From: Candidatus Latescibacterota bacterium
Lineage (GTDB): Bacteria > Latescibacterota > UBA2968
Assembly: GCA_965204745.1 (NCBI GenBank)
Contig: OZ242010.1
Location: 864,001 to 928,000 of the forward strand
Direction of reading: 5' to 3'
Length of the DNA: 64,000 nucleotides
The notes below the pieces were generated by a model, which did not search any database, had not been told where the DNA came from, and was given only the letters and a program-made list of their open reading frames with translations. Positions 20,990 to 30,685 of the stretch are shown piece after piece (positions within the stretch are counted from its first letter, which is position 1; each line of letters begins with the position of its first letter). The position numbers and the translations under genes are program-made.

Positions 20990-21406
20990 ATGAACAAACC
21001 CATTGTTGTGTACGATGGCGAATGTCGGTTTTGCATCTGGAGCGTTCGCCGCATCAAAAAAAAAGACAACCGCGATCAGTTTGATTATTTGCCCCGGCAG
21101 ACGCAGGGGATTGAAGACCATTTCCCCAAGTTGGCCGAGTCGGATTTCAACACCGGCATGCGCTTGGTGATGAGCCACGCGGAGATTTACGTGGGCGCGG
21201 ATGCCGTGTATCAAATTTATCGCAGGCTCCCCCCGTTCCATCTGCTCGCATGGCTGTATCGCGTGCCGGGGTTGCATCTCCTCTTCCGCGCTGGCTACGC
21301 GCTGATCGCGCGCTATCGCCACCTGTCCGGGCGCGTGGCGTGCGATACCGGAACGTGCGAATTATCTTATGGCGAGCGAGCAAAAAAAGAAAATCAAACG
21401 GCTTGA
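20990..21406 (+). CDS. DCC1-like (DUF393) thiol-disulfide oxidoreductase
   Basis: VVYDGECRFC; Y.LIARYR. Confidence 0.88.
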   Translation: MNKPIVVYDGECRFCIWSVRRIKKKDNRDQFDYLPRQTQGIEDHFPKLAESDFNTGMRLVMSHAEIYVGADAVYQIYRRLPPFHLLAWLYRVPGLHLLFRAGYALIARYRHLSGRVACDTGTCELSYGERAKKENQTA

Positions 21407-21431
21407 CTTGGGGTACTGAAGTCGGTATTTT
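21403..21431 (+). promoter_or_regulatory. Sigma70-like promoter
   Basis: TTGACT-N17-TATTTT upstream of 21523. Confidence 0.55.
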
Positions 21432-21522
21432 TTGCAATACCTGACCAATCGTCCGTGCAATGCAACAGCGACGACGGAAAGCGATTGGCGCACTCACAAC
21501 CACGCCAAAAAAAGGAGACAAA

Positions 21523-21966
21523 ATGGCGACAGCGATTGAGGAATTACAAGCGCAGCAGAACGCTTTTCAGGCGCGGCAAGCGGATTTCGAGCAGGGCCAA
21601 GGCGCGCTCAAAAAAGGGCAAGAGGCCACTGAAAAAGCGATTGCCGAAGTCAAGGCAGATGTCAAAGCGATCAAAGTAGAACAGATCGAATTGCGCGAAC
21701 GTCAAGCCGTTGTCGAAGCGCAATATCAACAGATCTTGGCTATCCTGTCTGATATTAAACGCGAGATCGCTGAGACAAAACGCGAGATCGCCGAATTGAG
21801 GACGGAAACAAAACACGAGATCGCCGCATTGGAAACCAAGGTGCAACGCGAGATCGCCGAGACAAAACGCGAGATCGCCGCGTTGAAGAGCGATATGAAA
21901 TGGTTTTTCGGAGCGATTGTGGTGCTCGCTGGTCTCGTGCTTGCCGCGCTCAAACTCTTTCAATAA
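21523..21966 (+). CDS. Coiled-coil protein with C-terminal membrane anchor (DUF1640/Bdr-like)
   Basis: AAAGGAG RBS; KREIAE repeats; hydrophobic tail MKWFFGAIVVLAGLVLAALKLF. Confidence 0.75.
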   Translation: MATAIEELQAQQNAFQARQADFEQGQGALKKGQEATEKAIAEVKADVKAIKVEQIELRERQAVVEAQYQQILAILSDIKREIAETKREIAELRTETKHEIAALETKVQREIAETKREIAALKSDMKWFFGAIVVLAGLVLAALKLFQ

Positions 21967-21993
21967 TGCGAATCCACTCTAAAGGCAGGTGAC

Positions 21994-22269
21994 ATGATGG
22001 CGACAGGCGAAGCGCAATATCAACAGATCTTGGCTATCCTGTCTGATATTAAACGTGAGATCGCTGAGATAAAACACGAGATCGCCGAATCGAGAACCGA
22101 AATAAAACGCGAGATCGCTGAGACAAAACGCGAGATAAAACGCGAGATCGCCGAATCGAGAGCCGGGATAAAACGCGAAATAGCTGACTTGAGAACCGAT
22201 ATGAGATGGTGTTTCGGGTCTTTTGTCGTGCTGGCTGGTCTCATACTCGCCGCGTTCAAACTCTTTTAG
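21994..22269 (+). CDS. Shorter tandem paralog of the coiled-coil/TM protein
   Basis: Shares EAQYQQILAILSDIKREIAE and TM tail with upstream gene. Confidence 0.7.
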   Translation: MMATGEAQYQQILAILSDIKREIAEIKHEIAESRTEIKREIAETKREIKREIAESRAGIKREIADLRTDMRWCFGSFVVLAGLILAAFKLF

Positions 22270-22844
22270 TAATCGGAATTTTGGAATTTGTCATGACGAG
22301 ATATGGTCACATCTCAACTGACGCGATACCCGTTCCCCGTGTGTCTGACGCGATGCGCGATTGGTGGCATGTCCCTGTGTGGCTTTGCTGACGGGTTTTT
22401 GTCGTTTGTTTCTGAATCTCCTGAGTGTACCGCCGTCAGCTTATTGATGGCGGTTTTTTTTTAGTGGACGAATGTATCGAGCCATCGACCGAGGATAGAA
22501 CGATGTTTTTGCATGCATTGACAGCACGGTTGAACGCAAATGGACGCTGGTGGTGGTCGAGCGCGAGGGGAGATGTCTGTCCACCACCGGATATCTGGCG
22601 ATCTGTGGTTGCACCGCGCGCTACCGGAAGGTGGCGCGTATTTTTTTTGGGAAAAGCGATTTGGTATTCAGCCCTGCTGACAACTTGAGGATAACGCACC
22701 CGGCGGAGCGGCGGTGGAGAGGATGGGCACGCACTTGGGCGGCGGAGCGGAGGCAGGATGGGCACGCACGGGCGGATGGGGAGGATGAGCAGGGCACGCA
22801 CAGGGCGGCGGGGTGGATGGGTGGCCTAACAACTGGAGTCCAAA

Positions 22845-23582
22845 ATGAGCCGCACAATTGTTTTGACAGGTGATCGCCCAACAGGCAAAATGCACTTGGG
22901 TCATGATGTTGGGGCGTTGAAGAATCGGTTTGAAATGCAGGACGAGTTTCAGTGCTTTTTCATGATTGCCGATTACCAGGCCCTGACGACGCATCAGGGC
23001 CGCGCAGGGGATTTGGCAACGCACGTCAGAGATATGGTGCTGGATTATCTGGCCGCGGGTTTTGACCCGGAGAAAAGCGCGTGTTTTTTGCAATCGCAGG
23101 TGCCGCAACTCGCAGAATTGACCGTGATTTTCTCGAATTTGGTGACACTGCCGTGTTTGCTCCGCAATCCAACCCTCAAGGAAGAGGTGGAGAAGATGGG
23201 GTTGGGCAAGCGTGCGACGTATGGGTTTGTGGGCTATCCCGTGTCCCAAGCAGCGGATATTTTGCTGTTCCGCCCGCAATACGTGCCGGTGGGGCAGGAT
23301 CAACGCCCCCATATCGAACTGGCGCGGGAAGTGGCTGCGCGATTTAATCGCACGTATGGCGAGGTTTTTCCCATGCCCACGGGCGTTTATGGCACGCTAC
23401 GAAGGGGTGCGGATGCTCAGATGACGGCATTCCGGAATCGCCGCGAGGCGTTTGAAAAACAGCCCGATTTGGTGCGCGATATTTTGAACCTGGGCAGTGC
23501 AAAAGCGCGCATTGAAGGCCAACGCACCCTGGAAAGCGTCAAGGAGGCAATGGGGATGGGATACGAGTTTTTGATGGGATGA
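22845..23582 (+). pseudogene. trpS: Tryptophanyl-tRNA synthetase paralog with in-frame internal deletion (no KMSKS)
   Basis: TGDRPTG.MHLGH, YPVSQAADIL, VPVGQDQ.PH present; only 245 aa; KMSKS and most of the anticodon-binding domain absent. Confidence 0.75.
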
Positions 23583-23887
23583 GCCCGGTTTTGGCATGCG
23601 ATGCGCGGGGAATGCGTTATTTTATCGAGACGAGTTGGGCTATTATCTTGAATGTTTTGAGACGCGCCGCGTACTTCCGCCAAGCGCGCAATGGCGTTTA
23701 TATTCGCATGGCGCTGTTGCAGATGGTGCTGGAGGCATGAACAATTCTGGAACTTCCCTAAATTCCCCTGCGTCTTAAATCAATGCCATGTACAACCACT
23801 GAGGAGGGAGAAAGGAGGTCGCTTGGAAATCGCCAGCAGTGTCGTTTGAATGTTTTTTGTCGTTCACATGCCAATGGAGGAAGCATT

Positions 23888-26872
23888 ATGCGCGTTTTTG
23901 CAAAGTGGTTTTTTCCCCTGATGGTCTATGTCGGGGTTTGCGCGTCTCAAGCACTCGCAGCCAATGGCAAAATTTCAGGGGTCGTAACAGATCGAAGTTC
24001 TGGCGAAGCCATTCCCGGAGCCAACGTGACAACCGCAGTTGGCGGCGCGACTGTGGGCGCGACCACAGATGCGAATGGGCGGTATTTCCTGCTCAACCTC
24101 GCGCCGGGAACCTATGCGGTGAAGGCCAGCATCATCGGGTATGGCCCGGTGGAAAAAACAGATGTTCGCGTGCGGCAAGACTTGACCACGCAGGTCGATT
24201 TCGCCTTGTCCGAACAGAGCATCCAAGCCGAGGCCATCACTGTGGTGGCCGAGCGTCCGCTCGTCGAGAAAAGCCTCACGTCCAGCCGCACGAGCATTGA
24301 CGTGTCCGAGATCAACAACACCATGCCCGTGACCGATTTGGCGGATTTGATCGACACATCGCCCAGTGTTTTTCGCGGGTTTGTGCGCGGCGGGCGCAAG
24401 TCCGAATCGAAAATATTGGTGGATGGCATCGACGTGTCGGATACCTATTTCCGCGCAGGCGAAGGCACCAGCGTTTGGAGCCCCTACACCTCGACCAACC
24501 GGTCGCAAGACGGCGAATTTGGCGTGGGGATCAACGCGAGTTCCGTGCAGTCGCTCGACATCATCTCAGGGACGTTCAATGCCGAATACGACGCGGCCAG
24601 CGCGGGCGTGATCAATGTGGTGACGCGCGAAGGCGGGGAACGCCTCGAAGGCCGGCTCTTTGTCCGATCCGGGCAGGGCGTCAAAAATGCCGGCCCGGAC
24701 GTGTTCAACAACAGCTTTGCCTCGGGCGAGGGCACGTCGAGCCTCATGCAAACATATCTCAACGAGCGCGAAACCCTGCTCAACTCGGGCGATGAGGCCA
24801 ATCGCCTCAAAGCCACCGAGGTCTATACGTTCACGAGTGACCAAACCGAGTACGGCAATGCCCGACCCGTCGAAGCCGAGTTCTCACTCGGCGGCCCCAT
24901 GGGGCGCGTGGGCGGGTTTTATCTCACGACGCGCTACAACAAGGCGCGGGCGTACATGCCCAATGAATACCACCTGTCGATCCGCCACTCCCTCAAGTTG
25001 ACCTTCAGGCCCAGCGAATCGGGCAAGCTCACCGGCAGTTTGATGGTGGATGACGGCGGCAAATTGGGCGGGTGGACGAACCGAGATTTTTCGCCGCGCT
25101 ACATTTTTTATTTGCCGGGGTACTCGGGCAACAAAAAGCTCGGCACGATGGGCTATTTGAGTTGGACGCACTCGCTTTCGCCTCGCACGTTCTACGAGGT
25201 GAAGGTGTCCCAACTCAACCGCACCAGCGAGTTTGGCTATTCCGACGACGACAACGACGGGTTTGTCGAAGTGGGTGAAGATGGCGACTTCATCGTGCTC
25301 ACCTCGTCTGCCGAGTCCGACAAGTACTTGGGCGTCAATGGTTCGGCCGTGCTCGCCGACGGCCGTCGATCCTTTTTCTCGCCGGATCCGGGCAATGAGA
25401 AATACTTCAACCTGACATTTGGCAACAACCGCTTCCGCTCGGGGCAACCCGGCTTTTACTACGAGGATTTGGATCGCAATGTGTTTCAAATCAAGGGCGA
25501 CCTCACCAGTCAGGTGAATTACCACCATCAGGTCAAAGCCGGCATTTTGTATCGCTATCACACCGTGTCGCAGTTCCAGCAGCGCACGCAAGTCAAGGTG
25601 ATCTACGACAATTTGTTCCCGTTTGAGACCACCGAATACACGGTGCATCCAAAGGAATACGCCGTTTATGTGCAAGACCGCATCGAGTACGAAGGCATCA
25701 TCATCAACGGCGGCGTGCGCCTCGACGCGTTTGACGTGGGCGTGACCAATTTCACGGATTTCTTCAACCCGTCTGAAGAAACCACCCTGGCCAACGGGCA
25801 AAAGGTGCGCCAGCAACTCCGCGGCGAATCCGTGGATCTGAAGTGGTTTTTCCAGCCGCGCTTGGGCATTTCCCACCCGATTACCGAAAATGCCGCGATG
25901 CACTATTCGTGGGGCAAGTTCTATTCCCCGCCCGCATTTTCCTACCTCTACGACAATTTCGGCGTGTTTGCCAACCCGTCCCTGCCCTTTGTGGTGGATG
26001 TGGATGCCGAACCCGTGCAGGCCACGGCCTACGAGATGGGCATTCAATACGGGTTTGACCGCAACCACCTCATCGACGTGACCGGGTATTACCGCGACAT
26101 CGAAAATTACGGGCGGATCGGCTATGCGATCAACCCAGATCAGGCGGGCAACCCGGGCTTTGGGTCCTACACGTTCCAAACCAGCTTTGGCTATGCCGAC
26201 GCGCGCGGCGTGGAATTTGCCCTCGAGCGCCGGGCCGGCAGCCCCTATTTTTCTGGGCGCGTGAATTACGCGTACAGCTATATCAAAGCCGCGGCCAATG
26301 CGGGTAGCACCTCCCATGTGCCGGATAAGACCTCGTATTCTGCGGTGAACGATACGGAAATCCCATTCGCCGACCGGCACACGTTCAACACGTACGAGCA
26401 AAATGTGAATGGCGGCGACAATGCGTTGATCGGCGGGTACGACCGCAAGCACCGCTTTGGCTTGACCCTGACCGCGGATTTCTCCACGCTCACCCCAAGC
26501 GCGGGCGATCAGTTGTCGCTGACGGGCATTACCGCGCTCAACAGCGGCTTCTTTTTTCGCGTGCGAGAAACCACCGATGACCCGCGAGACCGCGAAGTCG
26601 ATGAAGGCCCGTGGACGTTTCGCACGGATTTGCGCTTGACTTACGGGTTCAAATTGGGCGAGCGATTGATGACCAGCGCGTTTTTTGAACTTCGCAATGT
26701 GTTCGACCGCGAGAATGTTCAAGCCTATTTGCGCGACACGAATAATGCGCGCAAGTTGTGGGAAGAAGAACGCGACCCCACCGGCGAACTCAATCTGCCG
26801 TTTGGCACGCAGGGGCGTTTGCTCTACGATATTCCGCGCGAAATGAATTTCGGCATCGCGGTGGATTTTTAA
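23888..26872 (+). CDS. TonB-dependent receptor with N-terminal carboxypeptidase-regulatory-like domain
   Basis: Signal peptide; GKISGVVTD...GEAIPGANV; VRGGR..E....VDG; GTFNAEY plug; QPRLGISHPI; terminal Phe. Confidence 0.92.
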   Translation: MRVFAKWFFPLMVYVGVCASQALAANGKISGVVTDRSSGEAIPGANVTTAVGGATVGATTDANGRYFLLNLAPGTYAVKASIIGYGPVEKTDVRVRQDLTTQVDFALSEQSIQAEAITVVAERPLVEKSLTSSRTSIDVSEINNTMPVTDLADLIDTSPSVFRGFVRGGRKSESKILVDGIDVSDTYFRAGEGTSVWSPYTSTNRSQDGEFGVGINASSVQSLDIISGTFNAEYDAASAGVINVVTREGGERLEGRLFVRSGQGVKNAGPDVFNNSFASGEGTSSLMQTYLNERETLLNSGDEANRLKATEVYTFTSDQTEYGNARPVEAEFSLGGPMGRVGGFYLTTRYNKARAYMPNEYHLSIRHSLKLTFRPSESGKLTGSLMVDDGGKLGGWTNRDFSPRYIFYLPGYSGNKKLGTMGYLSWTHSLSPRTFYEVKVSQLNRTSEFGYSDDDNDGFVEVGEDGDFIVLTSSAESDKYLGVNGSAVLADGRRSFFSPDPGNEKYFNLTFGNNRFRSGQPGFYYEDLDRNVFQIKGDLTSQVNYHHQVKAGILYRYHTVSQFQQRTQVKVIYDNLFPFETTEYTVHPKEYAVYVQDRIEYEGIIINGGVRLDAFDVGVTNFTDFFNPSEETTLANGQKVRQQLRGESVDLKWFFQPRLGISHPITENAAMHYSWGKFYSPPAFSYLYDNFGVFANPSLPFVVDVDAEPVQATAYEMGIQYGFDRNHLIDVTGYYRDIENYGRIGYAINPDQAGNPGFGSYTFQTSFGYADARGVEFALERRAGSPYFSGRVNYAYSYIKAAANAGSTSHVPDKTSYSAVNDTEIPFADRHTFNTYEQNVNGGDNALIGGYDRKHRFGLTLTADFSTLTPSAGDQLSLTGITALNSGFFFRVRETTDDPRDREVDEGPWTFRTDLRLTYGFKLGERLMTSAFFELRNVFDRENVQAYLRDTNNARKLWEEERDPTGELNLPFGTQGRLLYDIPREMNFGIAVDF

Positions 26873-26885
26873 TAAGGAGACAGGC

Positions 26886-29387
26886 ATGGATCGAATTTTG
26901 AAACGCATGAGCTACGCAGCACTGATCGCGCTCGGCATCGGCCAGGCCGCGGCACAGCCGGTCAATCCGGGCGGGGTCTTTGTCGCGGGCGACCTGTGGG
27001 AGACGTTCTTGCCGACCAACGTGGGCAAAACGTATTACGAACAAGTCGATAACCCCACACAACTCTACTATTTGTTCCGCGTTGGCAACCTGGATCGCCA
27101 ATGGACCACGCCCACGCAGATGTACCCGGGCGGGGAGAATCTCCACATTCCCTGGAAACAAGCTATCGAAATGATCGAGTACAACCCGGATCCCAATTTC
27201 AACAATTACACCACCAGTTCAGACCCTGCGGCCGCGCATTATTCGTATGCGTTTGAAACGTCTCGGTTGCAGCGCACTGGCGATATTTGGCCCACCGATG
27301 CCGCTACGTCATGGGTCGATGCCAACAACCGGCATCAGGTGGTCTATCAGGGCGGCACCCCGACGAACCTGGGCGTGAATGTGAATTATCGCATTCGGCA
27401 ATTTACCCTGAACCACGCCAACATGAACGATTTTATCGCGTTGGAACTGGAATTGACGAATACCGGGGTGCTGGATGTGGATGGCGATGGCAACCCGGAA
27501 AAGACCGACAACAAAATCAACGCGCTCGTGCTGAACCTGCGCGACGAGTTGATCAACTCGATGTCGAACAGCTTGGCGGGTCGCCGCGGGGCGTCTGGCT
27601 GGTTTACCGGCCCCGTGTCCGGCTACGACGCGTCGCCCGATCCGGACGGCAATCCCTGGGATGTGCCCGTCACTTTTACCGGGCCTTCGCCATCAACCCT
27701 GGATCAACCCCTGCCCGACGGCACGGGTTGGGCGAGCGACGGCAAGCGCGTGCTGGGCAATACCATGCGCCGCCGCGCCAATTACTACGACGTTTATACC
27801 GGCGCGCAGTGGATCGCCGCCAAGCAGGGGCCATTGCCGACCGACAAAACCGCGAGCAGCACCGTGCAGGCCGACAAGAAGACGATCTTCGACAGCCACG
27901 GCGTAGGCACGGGCGCGCAACGCGGGTGGTTCACCTCTGTGAGCAAGGGATACGGCAACAACGACCACGACGCGTGGACGAACCACACCTTGTCCATGGG
28001 CACCTTTTACCGCGAGGGCGGCAAGACGCTCGACAAGACCGCGTTTGTGCTGTTGCCCGATCCCAACTACTTCGATCCCGATCACCCGGATATCGAGGAG
28101 GGCAATCCGCTCTCCTTTGTCGATGCCGTGCGCCCAGCAGGCCAACGCGGGCAACCGCGCGGCGACATGAAGTACAACAGCACCTGGGCGCAGAACTGGG
28201 AGCGGAACAACCCCGGCACCGCGTCGGATGGGTCGGACACCGATTGGACCGCGGGCTATACCATCGCGCACGGGTTTGACGGCGACGCGTACAGGGGCAT
28301 TGGCCCGTTTTCCCTTGACGTGGGCGAAACCATAAACATCGTGCTGGTCGAGTACGGCGGGTTCCGCTTGCAGGGCGTTCGCAAGGCGCGCAAGGCCGCG
28401 CAATGGGCCTACGAGAACAGTTGGCAAGTGCCCGCGCCCCCGCCGATGCCGGATATAAGCGTGCAACCCAATACGGATTTGAAAGTGACCGTCAAGTGGG
28501 ATGACCGCGCCGAAACCGCGTCGGATTTTGCCGGGTACAAAGTGTATCGCTCGACCTTGTTCCCCCGGGTCAATTCCCTGGAATTGGGCACGCGCCTGAT
28601 GGACACGTACCACCTGCAAACGCAGGAAGAACCGACCGACGCGGCCTTGGCGGGCCTAGGCGTGGCAAACAATCCCAACATCAGTTCGACCGCGTATCGG
28701 GACCAAGAGCCGGGCGCGTGGGGGCCTTATCGCCTGATCGAGCTGATTCCCAAAGCCGAGGTGGGCAACTACCTCAATGGGGATGCGGACAGCGGCACGT
28801 ACAAATACGCCTTTCAGGACAACAGCGATTTGGTGACGTTTGGCTTTACCTACTACTACTATGTGGCGGCCTACGACGACGAGCAAGGCGAGATCGCCGG
28901 CTCGCCCTACCAATCGCTCGAGACGCACAAGACCAATTTCAACGGGCGCTCGGGCCTGTGGGAAGGCACGTATCACTACGCCACGGCCAATGCCAATTTT
29001 CCGGACAACAGCGATTTGGCCGGGCTGAAAAATATCGGCGCGGCTTTTGTGCTGAAAGCGCCGCTGGCCGATCCGGGCGATCTGGTCGCCGGGAATTTGA
29101 ACGTGCAGGTCAAGCCCAATCCGTACAAAAAGCAGGCGTTGCACGATACGGGCGTGGAGCACAAGTTGTTGTTCACGAATTTGCCCACCGGCACGGTGAT
29201 TACGATTTTGGACGTGTCCGGGCAACTTGTCGATAGGCTCGAATTTTACGGCACCAACCCGTTTGATGGCACGCTGTTTTGGGATATGTTCTCAAAGGAC
29301 GGGATCGAGGTGGCGAGCGGGCTTTACATTTTTGTCGCAGACTATCCCGGCGGCAAGCAGGTGGGGCATTTCTCCATTTTGCGATAA
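26886..29387 (+). CDS. Secreted 833-aa protein with FN3-like region and T9SS-CTD/FlgD-Ig-like C-terminus
   Basis: Signal peptide; DFAGYKVYRS...YYYYVAAYD; VKPNPY...FTNLP...I.DVSGQLV...WD......VASGLYI. Confidence 0.8.
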   Translation: MDRILKRMSYAALIALGIGQAAAQPVNPGGVFVAGDLWETFLPTNVGKTYYEQVDNPTQLYYLFRVGNLDRQWTTPTQMYPGGENLHIPWKQAIEMIEYNPDPNFNNYTTSSDPAAAHYSYAFETSRLQRTGDIWPTDAATSWVDANNRHQVVYQGGTPTNLGVNVNYRIRQFTLNHANMNDFIALELELTNTGVLDVDGDGNPEKTDNKINALVLNLRDELINSMSNSLAGRRGASGWFTGPVSGYDASPDPDGNPWDVPVTFTGPSPSTLDQPLPDGTGWASDGKRVLGNTMRRRANYYDVYTGAQWIAAKQGPLPTDKTASSTVQADKKTIFDSHGVGTGAQRGWFTSVSKGYGNNDHDAWTNHTLSMGTFYREGGKTLDKTAFVLLPDPNYFDPDHPDIEEGNPLSFVDAVRPAGQRGQPRGDMKYNSTWAQNWERNNPGTASDGSDTDWTAGYTIAHGFDGDAYRGIGPFSLDVGETINIVLVEYGGFRLQGVRKARKAAQWAYENSWQVPAPPPMPDISVQPNTDLKVTVKWDDRAETASDFAGYKVYRSTLFPRVNSLELGTRLMDTYHLQTQEEPTDAALAGLGVANNPNISSTAYRDQEPGAWGPYRLIELIPKAEVGNYLNGDADSGTYKYAFQDNSDLVTFGFTYYYYVAAYDDEQGEIAGSPYQSLETHKTNFNGRSGLWEGTYHYATANANFPDNSDLAGLKNIGAAFVLKAPLADPGDLVAGNLNVQVKPNPYKKQALHDTGVEHKLLFTNLPTGTVITILDVSGQLVDRLEFYGTNPFDGTLFWDMFSKDGIEVASGLYIFVADYPGGKQVGHFSILR

Positions 29388-29407
29388 TTCAACAGCGGAG
29401 GTTTTAG

Positions 29408-30451
29408 ATGAAGAAATGGACGCATTTCGCGCTGGCAGTTGCTGCGACGTGCTGGGCATTGTGGCCCATGGCGTCAGATGCACAAGTGCGTAAGGCCGGC
29501 CTGACCGGCGCGAGTTTTCTGAAAATCGGCGTGGGTGCTCGCGCCGTGGCGCTGGGGTCTGCCTATACGACGATTCGCGGCGACGTCAATCAGATGTTCT
29601 GGAACCCTGCGGGGATCGCGCTTTCCGGCGGTCAAACGCAGGCGACGTTTTCCTACAATCAGTGGATTGCAGACTTGAGCCATTACGCGGCCGGGGTCAG
29701 CAGGGATATGGGCACCTGGGGCACCTGGGGCATCGGCTTTGTGGCGATGGGCGTCAGCGATATCGAGGCCAACCGCGACGTGGTGCCGGGGTTCTTGGCG
29801 GGTACGTACACGGGTTTTGTCGATCCAAACTCCGATCCGACCTACGATTACAACGATACGGCCATCAGCATTTCGTGGGCGTACCAATTCACGGATCGGC
29901 TGTCGATGGGGCTGACGGGCAAATACATCAGCCAGTCGATTGACGGCGAAAATGCCCGCGCTTATGCGATAGATGCGGGCGCGATTTACGAGATCGGGTA
30001 CAAAGGCGCGCGAATCGGTGCGCGGATGAACAACCTCGGCTCTGACATCGAGTATTACGTGATCGGCGCGCCCCTGCCCCTGATTTTTAGCGTGGGCTCG
30101 TCTATCGATCTACTGGAAAGCGGAGACCATGGCATGCGTTTGACCGCGATGGTCGATGCGACCAAACCGCAAGATGGCGAGCAGTTGCTCTACGTCGCCG
30201 GCGAGTTTCAGTTTGCGAAATACCTGATGGTTCGCGGCGGATACAAATTGAACTATTCGGGCGTGACAGACCAAAAGACCGACGAGATTACCCGCCGGCC
30301 CATTTCTGCGAATCGCACCGAAGAGGGCTATACGTTGGGCGCGGGCGTGGCGTACCCCATGGGCAATACGCACATCGGCGTGGACTACGCCTACACCGAG
30401 TTCGGCATTTTGGACAGCGTCCACCGCGTAACCGTCAATCTCGGCTTCTAA
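29408..30451 (+). CDS. PorV/PorQ (UPF0164) family outer-membrane beta-barrel
   Basis: FLKIGVGARAVALGSAY...FWNPAG; VDYAYTEFGIL..VHRVTVNLGF. Confidence 0.88.
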   Translation: MKKWTHFALAVAATCWALWPMASDAQVRKAGLTGASFLKIGVGARAVALGSAYTTIRGDVNQMFWNPAGIALSGGQTQATFSYNQWIADLSHYAAGVSRDMGTWGTWGIGFVAMGVSDIEANRDVVPGFLAGTYTGFVDPNSDPTYDYNDTAISISWAYQFTDRLSMGLTGKYISQSIDGENARAYAIDAGAIYEIGYKGARIGARMNNLGSDIEYYVIGAPLPLIFSVGSSIDLLESGDHGMRLTAMVDATKPQDGEQLLYVAGEFQFAKYLMVRGGYKLNYSGVTDQKTDEITRRPISANRTEEGYTLGAGVAYPMGNTHIGVDYAYTEFGILDSVHRVTVNLGF

Positions 30452-30476
30452 CGCCGAACCACAACCACCCCAAACC

Positions 30477-30517
30477 AAAAGCCCCCGAGACCGACCATCG
30501 TCTCGGAGGCTTTTTTG
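30477..30517. terminator. Bidirectional intrinsic terminator
   Basis: AAAAGCCCCCGAGAC...GTCTCGGAGGCTTTTTT between convergent genes. Confidence 0.8.
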
Positions 30518-30685
30518 TGTAAAGCGCGTCGCCTGCCTTATCCACATGTAATTTCATCTTTGCGCGATTTATCCCCCCTCGACAACCGGATGGCTTCGGG
30601 CGTTTTGCATTTATCGTCACAGTACGCGAAAGCGGATCGCCTTTGGGGTGGATGGGCGGCCTTCTTCCCTCTTACGTCTCACCTT

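Noticed and set aside
22290-22690. Possible decayed methyltransferase-like gene
   Set aside because: Fragments too short and frameshifted to support a call
23596-23880. Long leader before the TonB receptor as a cobalamin/TPP riboswitch
   Set aside because: Could not find the conserved B12-box or TPP core motifs by eye; an Rfam scan would settle it
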